64,000 nt of DNA from Raillietiella orientalis (GCA_036172245.1 JAYWIR010000012.1:2108001-2172000); one strand, 5' to 3'; shown: positions 37,767 to 50,249, counted from the stretch's first letter. A program made the numbers and translations. Notes: generated from the letters alone by a model not told the origin.

Positions 37767-39079
37767 GTGTAGTGGGAGCAAAGTGGATGCTGCGCAGAGA
37801 CGAGGAGATGGCGCCCGCCGTCATGCGCCCCTGGCGACCGTCCCGCGCCGCCGCTCGGCGCGCGTGCCCCCGTGCGCTGCTGTTGCTCGAGAAGCGGGGC
37901 GGAGGTGATCCGCGTGCCCCTCCCCTCCGCTCCTGGCCGAGCAGGAGGCGTCTCCGAAGGAGACGCCGGGCGAGGCGAGCCGGGCTGCTCCCTGGGAGAA
38001 GCGTTCATGTGGCTGCGAGCCCCCGTCCGGTCGCTCGTCCAGGACGAAACCGGTAAGGGAACGCCGGGAACACGCTCCCGCGGAGGCGGGCTGTTGGCTG
38101 ACGCTTTCCTCGTCCGGAGGTCCTTCCAAGGCAGGGAGGGCGAAACCCCTTGTCGCAGGGACGCACCTTTCCTCGCGCGTTTCCTTTTCCTTCCGCGTCC
38201 CCCGCAGGAGCGCGGGAAGATGAAAGGGTGCAGAGGAGGGAGGGAGAGGGAGAGAGGGGAAAAAGGAAGGAGAAGAAGAGGCACGAAGAGGCAGTTCGGA
38301 TGGCGAAGAGGCCGCGGATGGAGCTGTGCGAAGCTGCCAGAGCCGATACTCCAGCCGCAGCTCCCGCGCGGATTGCTCGATATTTCACGGTTCATTCATC
38401 CAGAGGGATGCGATGATCATAACTCTCCATTACTTGGCTGGCGTCCTCCGCGCGTTTGATCCCGGGATTTATGTGATTTGCATGCAATTAGATCGGGACT
38501 CGAATGTTCCGCGGAATTTTCTCCGGGAGCGGAGGCGGAGAGCCGGGAAGCGCTCGAAGATAAGGGATGGGGGGACGGAGTGCGTATCCCGTGGGGAGAA
38601 GGGGAGGGGGACGGCACGACGCCCCCTTCTCCCCTCCAGCCTCCGCTCCCTGTCTTCCTCGCCTTCCCGTCCTTTTGCACGGGGGCAGCTGAAGCTCCGC
38701 GAGCGCTAGGGCCTTCGAGAGGGCAAGTCGCCTCCGAAAGTGGTGTCACCGTTTGGCAAACCTCCCTCGAGAGCGGCGGTAGAGGCGCCCAGTCCCTGGC
38801 AGGAGGAAGGGGGGGAGACGGTCGGGAGATCCCTGATGGAGTGCCTTTCCGAAGCTCCCCTTCCCCCCCCTAGAAAAGTTCGGAGCACGGAAGGCAGCCA
38901 GAAGCCCCTCCCAGCTTCGGCTGCCTTCCGCGCTCCTGCTGGTCCTGCTGGTCTTTTTTTTTTTTTTTTCGATTCTCAAGGGGTGCTGAAGAGCCGTTGG
39001 CCTTCTCAGGAGAGAGAAGTTACGAAGCTCTTCAACACTGTCGACGCCACCCAAGGGTGCGTGGGATTCTTCAAGCCAT

Positions 39080-40240
39080 AGAGGGTCACCCCATATGGAG
39101 TGCTCCTATGAATCCAGGAAGGGTCTGAAGGAAATGAACCGTTCCTCTCTCACGCTTGGAAAGGGATCCCGGAGGGAATCTCTTCTTCCTTATTCTCTAC
39201 GGAAGAACTCCCCGCTTCGTGGGGGCCGCATCTCGTTTCTTCTCAGAAAGGAAAGGCTCCTGGTTTCCTCTTCTGAAGAGATCCCTGAAGGGAGCAGAGC
39301 ACTTCTTGACATTCTACAGAGGTCAACCCCTCGAAGGAAGTATCAACCAACCTCATGGAACGCAGCGGAGGGTCCCTACCGAAGGCGGAAAATAAAATGG
39401 GGTCTGCCCATTTTCACAACCAGAGGGGAATCCCGAAAAGAACCGACAGCTTATGTCCTGGAGAAGGACCCCGGAGGGTCCACTCCCAATCTCGGAGTTC
39501 AGTCAGAGGAGGCCTCCCGGTTTCCGGCGTTGAACAGTGGCACCGCACCCCGAAAGCCCACGAGAGCCCTCTGTCGGCGGCCGCGTGATCCCAAGCGCTG
39601 CTGGTTCGAATCTCGTCCGGGGAAGGACCAGCCCCGAGAACGGGGGATGCGTCGTGGGTTTCGAGTCTTTCCGCAGGATGGCGCTGGTCGGCCTCTTCGC
39701 ACTGACGGAAGCCGGAAACTCCCGGCTGCACCCGCTGACCAGCCGGGATTGGGAGTCAACTCTCCGGGGTCCTTCCAGGACATCAAGGAGCTCTTCGGGA
39801 ATCCATTCCGGCTGCACAAAGGAGCGATCATTTCCTTCTTCGAAGGAGACCCTCCATCGCGTTCCATGGAGCTGGTGGATTGATGAAACCTCTCCAAAGA
39901 GGGCAGAGAAGCGCGCGAGAAAACGGGAAAGAGAAAATGGGAAGCATCCCTCCGAGGTTCTTTTCAAAGAAGGAGGAAGCAGGGAGCGGTTCCCTTGTGG
40001 GTGCCCTTTGGAGAGTCCAGAAACGGGTCCTTTCCGGATCCCCTTCGGAGAAGAAGCGAGGAGCGGCCCCCCTCCAGAAGGTTCTCCGGAGAGAGCAGGG
40101 AAGATGTTCTTCCCTTTGGAGTCCCCTTCGGAGACAGCCAGGGCGAGGGTTCCCTCCGGGGTCCCCTCCCAAGCGTGAGAGGGGAATGGGCTTCTTCCTC
40201 CGGAACATTTCCTGGATTCATGAGGCTGCCCCCTAACGGA
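39080..40240. mobile_element. Palindromic foldback/MITE-like element with central tRNA-like core (most complete copy)
   Basis: Left arm ~39080-39560 is the reverse complement of right arm ~39690-40240. Examples: ATGAATCCAGGAA 39108-39120 / TTCCTGGATTCAT 40209-40221, and CTCTCACGCTTGG 39147-39159 / CCAAGCGTGAGAG 40169-40181. The centre holds B-box-like GGTTCGAATC. Homologous copies lie at 15.5 and 17.7 kb. Confidence 0.85.
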
Positions 40241-40359
40241 AGAGTTGCTGCACGCACCCCCGGGTGGTGTGGACAGCGCCAAAGAGCCAGGAGTCAGCCT
40301 CCGGGAGACCGACTACCCTTGAGGTACTCGGTAGCGGACCAAGAAAAGGACAACCGTAA

Positions 40360-40520
40360 AGACTGCATGCCGACCAGCATCGTCTTTCGGGGGATCTCGG
40401 AAGTCACGACGTACCCCACATTCTCGGCATAGATTCCCCATGTGTCCGGCCACCTGGAGGACACGTGAAGGGTTGGGAAGGGATTCGAACCCGCCTGCCG
40501 TACACTTAGGAGCAGCCGGA
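40360..40520 (-). mobile_element. Stand-alone copy of the tRNA-like core (SINE head) without arms
   Basis: Minus strand reads GCGGGTTCGAATCCC...GGAATCTATGCCGAGAATGTGGGGTACGTCGTGACTTCCGAG...GCTGGTCGGC, aligning with core ~18068-18160. The downstream sequence differs from the arms. Confidence 0.7.
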
Positions 40521-41249
40521 ATCTTCCAGAAGCTCCGCCCCCGCCTTGACGCATTCCTCAAACTTCCCCTTCGTCAGAGGAAAATGAAAAGAGCACGATG
40601 GAAAATGGAATGCAGGGGGTCGAGGGAGAGCGGGAGAGCGCGTTCCACTACCCGCTTCATTTGACGGGGATTCGAGCCTCGCCCAAAGAGCTGCGCTCTC
40701 CCCGAATGAATTCCTTGGGATGCCAGCGCGGGAGGCGGCGCAACCAGGCAACTCTCATTCATCACAACTAGATAGTCTGAAGGCGCCCGCTGAACCCGAG
40801 TGACCTGCATGCTTCCCCGTTTCTCAACCATGCTGCTCGAGCAGCCGGGCGGGGGTGGCCTCGCAGGGCGTTTCCTTCCGCTCCCAGCCGAGCGGGAAAG
40901 GCGCCGATCTGGCTGCGAGCTCCCGTCCGGGACGAAACCGGAAAGGGAAGATGGGAGAACTGCAGGAGTCCAAGACCGCGAACGCGCTTCCGCGAAGGCG
41001 GCGCTTCCCTCGTCCGGGAGAAATCCCTGCGGGAATCTTCTTGTCCCTCCCCCTACTTGGGCCGGATATTCACCCCGGGTGGACTGCAAAGCCCCTCCCC
41101 TCCATCCCTTCGCAGCGCGACCGCCGCGTTGGGTGGTGTGAGGTGGGAAATTCCAAGATGAGGTGACCTCGCAGCTTCGGGACCCAGCACCGAGCAGCAG
41201 CAGTGCTGAGGGGCGTGGCGGTCCAGCCGACGTCTTCGACCTCCGCCCT

Positions 41250-43380
41250 GCCTTATCCACGCAAACAGCAACCCGAAGGAGGATGGAGGGCGGATCGCCG
41301 CTGACCCCTCAGGAAACGAGTTGGCATAGCACAGCCTTGCGGCGCTTCAGCGCATCTTTTGCTTTCACCTCGTCGGTGAGGGGAACGGAGAAAATCCTAT
41401 TTGCCGTAAGGCTACCTATTGATTCCCTTCCTGGAACGCCGAAAAACCGTGGAGGAGGATGCGGACACCGTCGGTCTGTCCGTCAGCCGCCCCCTTCGCC
41501 GCAGCGTCCGAGGTCCACGGCACCTGCCTGCCGGGCAGCAGAGGACCACCACCAGGTGGATGGACCGCATGCGTCAGCTCGGTCAGGTCCTGTTCGCCGG
41601 GGCGAATTCTTCGGCGTCCCGCCGGAAGAGATAGAGATGCCCCCGACGATGGTTGACAGCAGTCGGCGTCCTGCTGGAGTTGCGCTGGGAGCACCGGCTC
41701 AACGCACGGCTCCACCGCCCACGGAGGGGGACCGTGATAACCACGCCAGACGCAGGCAAAAGATGGAGACCTCCCCTTTCCATTCCAGCCCTGCTAGTGG
41801 CCTAAGGCATTCCTCGCGTCCCTCCTTTACCCAGTGCACCACCCTCTCAACATCTTGAGGAACCTCTTTGCGCGGAGCGCCTGGTCGCCAGATGTCGCCG
41901 TCGCGGCGCGGCGCTGTCCACGTGGGTGTGTCGTCTCCGGGGACGACGCCGGGAGAGGGCAGCACGGCATTCTTCCCATCATCCGATTTTTGCGGGTCAC
42001 AACGAAGTGGCACCACCTGCGCAGCTGCCAAGAGGAGCTCGCCGGCACCCTAAGAAGGAGCACCAAACGTCGCGGGATGCGATCCCTTTCCCTCTCCCTC
42101 CTTCCCGATCCAAACAGACTGGTTTTGTCTTCCTTTTTTCTTGTCCCGGAATTTCCCACCTGATGTTGCCGACCCTCTCGGCGTCCCTCAGGCAATGGTC
42201 GGACTTGGCAAGTGCACGGGACAACCGACTCCACTCTGCACCCCCTGGCGCGAACGGGCGGAGTCAGGGGATTCCTGGACGCGGCTCTCACTGGTCTACA
42301 GCTCTTCGTCTTGTCTGACGCCTCAGGGAGATTCCTCTCTCGGAGACCCGAAGGAGCACGGAGAAGCGGGCGGGCACACGCGCCGCCACCGCTCCCGCAG
42401 ACGGCGGCGCTGCCTTCCCCGTGGCCTCGCAGCAGCGGCCGCTCCTGGCTAGGTGTGATTCCTCCTGGAGGGCAGCAGCAGCTCTTCGCCCGAGCCGCGC
42501 CGCGCCGCAAGGGTCCGAGTTCCTCTTCCCCTCCCTCTCTTTTCCAATTTTGACGAACTGTTTCTTCTTCTTCTTCGTGTTGTTTCTTGTCCTTTATTTT
42601 TCTACCGCACACTACAACCCCTCCGTGATGTTGTGGAGCTCATCAGAGTCCCCCACAAGTGGTCCGACTTCATGGACCTGGCGCCCCACCGACTCCTATC
42701 TGTTTATTCACTTTTTCTCCTGCCGCACGATGAACTCAAATCGATGAATCGTGGCGGCAGGACGTGTTTGTCTCCTGAGCTTCTGCAATAGGGGTGAGTC
42801 CAGAAATACTTGGTCACCTGCGGTCCTTCCACAACCTGGCACTGGAAGGTGTTCTGCAAGACGCGGACAGAAGTGCCCGTCTGGCCGCTATGCCACTTGC
42901 CGCAGCGCTGTCTGCCCTAAGGGCAAGAGACGATAGTTGCCTACCTGCTGGAAGGGAATTGTCCTGCATCATTGCGGAAAGAACCGAAAACTCCTGGATG
43001 CCTGAAAGGCGAGTGAGCTGGCGGACTCCGCCACTCCACTTCATAGGGCAAAGGGGCTGCTTCGATATAGCGAGCTGCTCGGAGTGGCCTCTGACGAACC
43101 TGTTGTTCCTCCTCTGTGCCTACACACTTCCGTGTTACCGCTGACGTGGAAGCAGGACGTCCTGCTGTTTCTTCACTGGGGTTTCCAGTGCAACCAGAGT
43201 CGGAGACGGATTTCCAGGGACGTTGTGTCCCTGAACTGTTTCATGTACGGGTGACTGAGTCGTTCCGGCACCTCCTGTTGGATTGCAGCGCCCTCCGGGA
43301 ACTTTAGCGGAGGCTGACCTCAGCACTCCAGCATACCAGAGACACTTCGACGGACTGACTGTGGCGGTTCTCCGCGAGGT
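41250..43380 (-). mobile_element. Degenerate LINE ORF2 (EN, linker, RT)
   Basis: VPGGRCN (GGDFN), VRQNWKREGGE (R..W..EGE), RRLVLL, VPQDVERVVHWVK (G.P...WIK). Confidence 0.45.
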
Positions 43381-43539
43381 GGAGCCACGGCAGGCGCCGT
43401 GATTTCACACTCGGATGTGCCGTGGAGTTAATTACTCTTAAAGGGATCGATGGAGCCAAAAGGCCCACCGATTCCAATTATAACACTAAAAAAAGGGGGG
43501 GGAGGCGAGGTCCATTACGTCGGCGAAGGGGAAGAGGGA

Positions 43540-45800
43540 TGAGACAAAACTAGAAAAAAAAGATAACAAACTATAACAAACAATAAAAACTTAAAAAAAA
43601 AAAAATAGTTGGGGGGAAGGGAAGAGATCACGTTTCGTGATGGGTGAGGCATCTGCATCCGTTGAAGGATGCCGGCGAGCACTTCTTTCTTCCTTTCCAG
43701 GTGGGGCTACCTCAAAGCTATCCGCAAGAAATGGATGGCGTGCAGGACATCCCCCCCGTCGTTCCGACCTCTCTCGGTTTCGCACTTCGCCGTGACGACA
43801 TCGCGCACGCAGCACAGCGCTGCAATGGCGGCTGCGGGCGTTATGGCGTTCCGCACGAAGAGGAGCCTCAAAGAGTCTCTGGGATCGCCCACGGGGTAGG
43901 AAAGGGACGCAGAGAAACGTTCCCACAAGTCCCGGAGGGCAACACACTGCACTATGAGGTGGGGGAAAGCCTCCTTCTCTCCACACCTGGCACGGTTGGG
44001 CGATGCGCTTCCCCTCGTCCAGTGGTACCGGAGCACATTGCACGGAAGACCCCAGTGCAGTATCATCAGCGCCGATTCCTGCCATGTGAAGAAAAGCAGC
44101 TTTCTATCCACAACACGGGGGGACCCTTCCAACTCTTCAGGCTGAATGGAGAAGAGTTTCCCCAACGTTCCAGTCCTTTGGAGACGGTTCTTGCTGTTGC
44201 CGTCAACCAGCTGCTGTGGAGTCCAGCCATCGATAGGTTTCCTGCGGATCGAGATCTCGCAGAATACCTCCCATTTCGCCATTAGGCAGGTGGCATGTAC
44301 CCCGACAGCGGAGGACACGCTGCGGCGAAGGGGGTGGCTGCTGGGTAGGTCAAATACTCAGCTCACTAACCACCTCCTCCAGTGTTCTTCCACTGTTCTT
44401 CTGAAGGCGGGTAACTTCCGACGGGGTCCGGGTGAGCTGGGCTCACATCCTCACTTTCTCCTGCCTCCAGACCGGAGTATTTGCAGGGCGACAGTGAATC
44501 CATGTGTTCGCTCCCACCAGAGCATCGACACACCGGAGAGAGAAGCTGCAAGATGGGAGGCGGCGGTGGAGACAAGCAAACAGGGTTGCGAGTCCCTCGC
44601 CACCGACCGCCAGCCGGGTGAGCAAACGTGCAGAAGCGCACTAATGGGTGGCCCAGTTTTGTGCTACGAAGGCCAGTCTTCGAAAGTTCAACTGAACCTC
44701 CATGCGCCCCAACGTCAGGAGTCCAGGTCTTTCATCGCGACACGCGCCATGATACAGACGACGTGTTGCATCCGTGCCTTCGTTACGACCCGCCATTTGC
44801 AGGAATCTCGGGCGCAGCGAACGAAGGCCGCCATTGTCGCGGGCTGTCCACATGAGGACGGCTGCCAGGTGGCCTCATCTAGACGTGGAAGTCAGGAAGA
44901 ATATCGCCGATACCTTGCGCCGCCTCTGAAAGGTAGGAATGGGCACTGCCGGTAATCCTTGACCCGCCCTCCTTTTTATACAATACATCAGTTCAAAAAC
45001 ACCGTCGGATGATGTGAATTGGTGCTCTCCAAGATACAAAACGACTCGAATTCAAGAAACCAAAGAAGCAGTGTTTCATCCGTTGGTCACTCCATTCTGT
45101 TTCTTTTTTTTCTTTGAACCTCGGGATTTCTGTTTTCCGCTGAGACTCCGTAGCGAGGCTGACTGCTGCCACTTCTCGATTCCGCAGCACAAGATATCGC
45201 GTTCCGCAATGCATCCGCGTCGCTTCCGCCCGTCGCCCACTCTGAGATTTTCTGCTCCCCTTCGGAAAGTCCTCCTCACAGGCGAGATCGGGGCCAATCG
45301 AGCCAAGCTGCAGGTCCCTTCGGAGATTCTCATCGAGGCCGGAGCACTTGGCATAATAGCAGGTCGCATGCATAATGAATACAAGCGGCACGGAAGACCC
45401 CAGTCCTTCGGCACTGGCATCTCAGTTCCAGATGCAGAAAGTCTGGAAGATGGATTCTGAGGCCCAAGGTGGAGGAGGAAAAGAAGAGGGTCCGAAAGGA
45501 ATCGCTTCGAAACAGCACGACGGGACCGAGGGATGAAAGCAGGTGGGACTTTTCGGGACTTCTGCAAGGCACCAGCAACCTTTGGGGAAAAGTTCTCCTG
45601 GGGAAAGAAGTGCTCGTTCTTGCAGAAACAGAATAAACTCATTCTCTTTCAGTCTAGAAGAAATACACTGGTTTCTATGACGAAGGTCTCCAATTCCAAG
45701 TGGCAGTGGATGAATGCCATCGGCTCGATGCTTGATCCTCTCCTACAGAAGGAATGGGTGAACTTTGATTTCCCATTAAAAAAAAATAGGTGCAGAGAGT
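43540..45800 (-). mobile_element. Degenerate L1/Tx1-type LINE, RT core through 3' end
   Basis: FNGK...RRG, frameshifted ADD-like motif at ~45400, YAKCSGLDENL (SGLKIN), TRYL, RDNGGL, ILHWGLP...RCGEKEAFPHLIVQC...LW (zf-RVT-like), T-rich 3' tail at ~43545-43606. Confidence 0.7.
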
Positions 45801-46079
45801 CCGATATCTAAGAGAAGTTTTGACCGCAGGCGAATCTGTTCCAATAGGAATGAGGTGTTGAAGATGGCGCCTTTTGTAGAAGCATCTTAGTAATTACTAA
45901 AGCTACATATCCTTTTTGTATTTTCACCCGGTCACGCCGGGGTGTTCACCGTAAAGAATATTAATTTTGTCAATCAATCGTTGCCAAGTTTCCTATCTGC
46001 AATGTAGGGCCATCACTTCCGCATGTTCCGGAGGAGTTCTCTGCTCGGAAGCAGTCACCAAAGGGGATGCGCGGTCAGG

Positions 46080-48330
46080 GAATGAGGAAGGGAAATAAAC
46101 AAGAAATAAATGTAAAAGAACTAAAATATTTGGGGATGAAGGAAGAGTCACAGGTTGCTCCCTGGAGGCATCCGCATCCCCTCAAGGATGCCAGCAAATT
46201 CCTCCTTGTTGCGTTTCAGGTGCAGGCATCTCATCGCATCCTCAGGAACGAGAAGATCAAGGAAGTATGCACTTCCTTGGTCTTCTCGCTTATCCCGGCC
46301 TCTGTCGTCGGGGCTTCCAGACACCACGATCCCTCGGACTCAGCACGAAGCTGCGATCGCCGCTGCAGGCGACATCCCGCTACGCCGTCTAAAAAGGCCC
46401 TCAGATGGTCTTCTGGGGAGTTCAGGGACCTTTGCCCACTTTCCTGAACTTTCCAAAAGGGCGACACGCTCCAAAAGCAGGTTCAGAGAGATTTCCTTTT
46501 CGCTGCACCTGCCTCGCTTTGAGGCCACTCTTCCCCTGGTCCAGTGGTGGAGGCGTGCGTATCTTTCTGTGAGAAGTTTAAATTGGAAGTGGAGATGTAG
46601 TGCTTCAAACCTATTTCTTGAGAGATAGATCTGATTTGAGAGCTCACAGGTGTGACGTCCTTCACCAAAAAAGGAAAATGCTCTAAGGTGACTCCTGTCT
46701 TTGACAAATCTCACCTCAGCTGCTTCCGCCCACACGTGAATTTTTTTCTACCGTTCCGAAACACATTCTGGCAAAGAGGCCAGCGATGGGAAAGCGTAAG
46801 CAGGCAAACCCGCTGCCGTGGAGCCGGAGTCTCATTTCTCAAAGATATTCCCCCTGCCGGTACAGCAGTTCGGTGTAAAGTTCCTTCCTGAGAACAAGCA
46901 GTCGCCTTTGCAGTTTGTTCATCTTAAGAGAGCTCGGCTGTGTACACACCCTGTACACCACCTCCGAGCCGAGCAGCATGAGGTTTTAGAAGGCCATCAC
47001 TGAACAGTTTGAATAATCCTTGCATGAACGATTGCCGGAAACCTTCAGGTTGCAGCAGCTCCGGATCACTCCACAAGATAGATTACTCCGAACCAACTTA
47101 ATGGAAAACTCTGTGAACAGGAGTCATCCTTCCGCTGCAGCTCTTGCAAAGCGATCTTTTCTTGCGCTCAAGATCATCAGAACTCCCATCGGAAAATTCA
47201 CGAAAAGTTTGCCGAAAGTAGAGAATGGAGAGGTCTCTGGTCACCTGGGTCCCCATCTGGTTGCTTCTCGAAATGTAAGAGGAGGGACTCTCCTTCTAGC
47301 GAAGGAACCTGTAGTCACCTGCTTGGAGGTCTTGATTTCTTCGGAAAAAAGCAATTTTGCTGCTTGGGATGCTTTCGGAAACTTTTTCTTTGCTCACGCG
47401 GCAATGTAGCAGGTGCTACTGGACTCTTTTCTCTGAGCAGTGTCAGCAGTGTCCATATCACCTGCCGGAGTGCCAGCTGCTATCGAATCCACGAGTTGCG
47501 CTCATCAGCAATCATCTTTTCTTCGTGAGACCACTCTATTCTCTGCTGGTACCTTTGTTTCGCATGCTGGTGCTTAAAAGCCAGAAACATGACGTCTTCG
47601 AAGGAGTGTTGGCTCTGCGCAATCACGACGTATCTGAAGTCTTTATCTTAAGAGAGCGGGCCGCGCGTTCTTCGATGGCTGACATAAAGCGGGGAACGCG
47701 CCGATGCCATGCTTCTCTCCACAAAGCATTGTTTCGATGGTGCCATCGGGAAGCAAAAGGAGCCGTTCTCACCCCGCGGTTGGGTGGCTTTCTTTATCCC
47801 TGGTGAAGCACCCGATCTTCCTGACGCAAAGCCGTTGTTCCTGGTCATGGAAAACAAACTCAAGCATTTCGATCACCATGGCAGTTTCAGTGTAGATCGC
47901 ATTTTCTCTTTTCCATTCCCCATCCATCTGTTACCTTCATTCTTTGTGAGCTTCCTGTTTTCCAGTGTGATGACGATTTCCTGACCATTATTTCTGGCGG
48001 TCCATTCAGGACGGATTAAATACGAGTGAATAAACGCGAATCTTCTAATTCTCCAGCCCACATCCATCGCTGACTTACTGCTCGCTTCGGGTGAAATTCG
48101 TCTGAAAATTCTACCATCAGTGCCAGACGTAGAAGTTTCTGATTACGTGGTGCAGATACGTCTGTCGAGGAGTACACTGTGCTCTTGGGAAGCAACTGGG
48201 GCACTGGGCTCACTCGAAACACGACTGATGTCATTGATTGCAAAGTGTTGTCCCCAGTTTGGATGCCATCGAAGCAAGGATTCCATACTCTGGACAGCAA
48301 CCTCCTGTATACAACAGAGTACCGCATATA
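46080..48330 (-). mobile_element. Second copy of the same LINE family, head-to-tail with previous
   Basis: 46160-46560 aligns at DNA level with 43645-44030 (GAGGCATC.GCATCC...AAGGATGCC and CTTCCCCT.GTCCAGTGGT). C-terminus HLKRNKEEFAGILEGMRMP vs HLERKKEVLAGILQRMQMP. Weak EN-like motifs near 48.1 kb. Confidence 0.65.
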
Positions 48331-49029
48331 TATCTAGGTTTCTACTTTCATACAGAAGGAGGCCAACGACCGGAAGTCCCAGTGCCTAAGGATGAGAAAT
48401 TCTCTCTGTTTAAAACTGCCACTGTATAGACACCCAAATTGTGAGGAGGTGCGCAAAGTCTCGTTATTCAACATCGTACCTATCACAAAAATTCATACAC
48501 CCAGAACCAGATCAGTCTACACGGAAAGTCCGTGCTCTCGGAAATAAATATCGATGGTCTGCGAATAGTGATGCCCTCTCTGAGACCCTGTGAGTGAGAA
48601 TACTACTATATAGAAGGCATCCTCAAAGCGTTCTGGAATCTCAAGCTTCGAAAATGATTCTATGAATCAGTGAATGATTTTGTCTTTCTCATTAAATAAG
48701 AGTGATCCTATTGATTATTTGATAGCTTCTAATGGAAGTGGAATTGGGCTCTAATACAATGAAATTTCAATGATACACAGTCCTGTACACCCGTACCCTT
48801 CAACTCATTCATTATTTAAACATTTACAAATAACTAAAGAATGCTTTTTATGCACAAGGTTCGCTTCTTCCTCGAGGTCAGTGGCGAGCTCACCTGCATC
48901 GGGATGGGTCACTGGACTTGTACCACTGCTTGTATCTTGATCTTCACCTCGAATAAAAGTACGTTACCTTTACCCTATCTGTAACTTATCGTTCCTATCT
49001 CTCGCTTGAAGTTTCTCATAAAAACTATT

Positions 49030-49580
49030 TTCTCAGCCTGGATGGAGTATCATGCTTCTAAAAATAACAGTTCTAGTTCCATGGACACCTTTGGACTCCT
49101 GGAAGAGTGTGGAGAACAAACAAGGCAAAATTGAAGAGCAGCAAGCTGAAGAGCAAAAAAATAAGCCGACAAATGACCAGTGGACCGGAGAACAGCATGC
49201 GAATTCTAGCAACCTTCTGGTTAAATCAACCATACCACAAACTGTGGGAACCTTCTTACATGGGGATAGAGGAATTTGAGTGCCACCCTCGGCAACATCT
49301 GGAGGCATGTGAGCTTTTTCGCGAGAGATCATCAAAAATTCTGTAGTCTTCGTGGAGACCTTGAATCGAAAGCACGGTTTGGAGCTTTGAGCTCCGTTGA
49401 ATTGGAGGGGCCGCGTATTTTTTTCTGCTTCCTTTCGCAGGAATTTTCTGAAAGTTGGAGGGGCACATCTTCCTGCTCATTCTTGCTCATCTTCTTTCGT
49501 TTCCTTTTCCAGATGATCCGAGGTTCTTTTTGTTTTTCAAAATTTCTGAGATTCTCGCGAATAACTTATGAGAACAGCTG
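49030..49580 (+). mobile_element. Possible LINE thumb fragment
   Basis: SWKSVENKQGKI..., ...YHKLW. Confidence 0.35.
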
Positions 49581-50249
49581 ACGGCGAAGACCGCAAAGGG
49601 AGCAACGAGCCAACAGAACGATCAGCATCTCGTATTTGGTTAGTCGACAATCGACAGAGTGTTTCCATCATGAGACAACACTCTTCCTCCACTAAATGAA
49701 GCAGCTCAAGATTGCTTCGGAGTGCCGACGTCCCAATAGATCATCCAATTCGGACAAACGGAAAAGTTTTTGACATCTTATTCAGCTAAAAAATTGCTGT
49801 CTTATGGCAGTAGTGCACACCGCTGCTCAAACTTCCGCGCTTGAGTTCAGTTTTTTGGGGGAATTTGTCGAACTCTGTCGCGTCTGTTTACTCCTGTTTC
49901 CATTTATGCGGACCTGATGAAAACTAAAAGCTGGCTCGATTTGAACATTTCTTGGATACAAGTGAAGTCTCCACCCTTAGGACGGCTCAATTGATACTTT
50001 AGTCTCCTTCAGTCTCCCCGAGCATTGTTCTGCGAATGTTCAGGGAACACTTCCTTGGAATGCAGCGATAGTCCTACGCTTCTTTTCGCAACTGTCAACT
50101 GTGCCAGTAGATTCGTCGTCCTCTTGCTTCTGGAGACCGGGAGTGGTTATCCGATTTCTTTCGGAAATCATTTTCCCCTTGGCAGGATTGGCTAGCTCTT
50201 AGTACAGAAGCCTGAACTTCAAAAGGTGACTGCGTCAACTCCCCAACTT

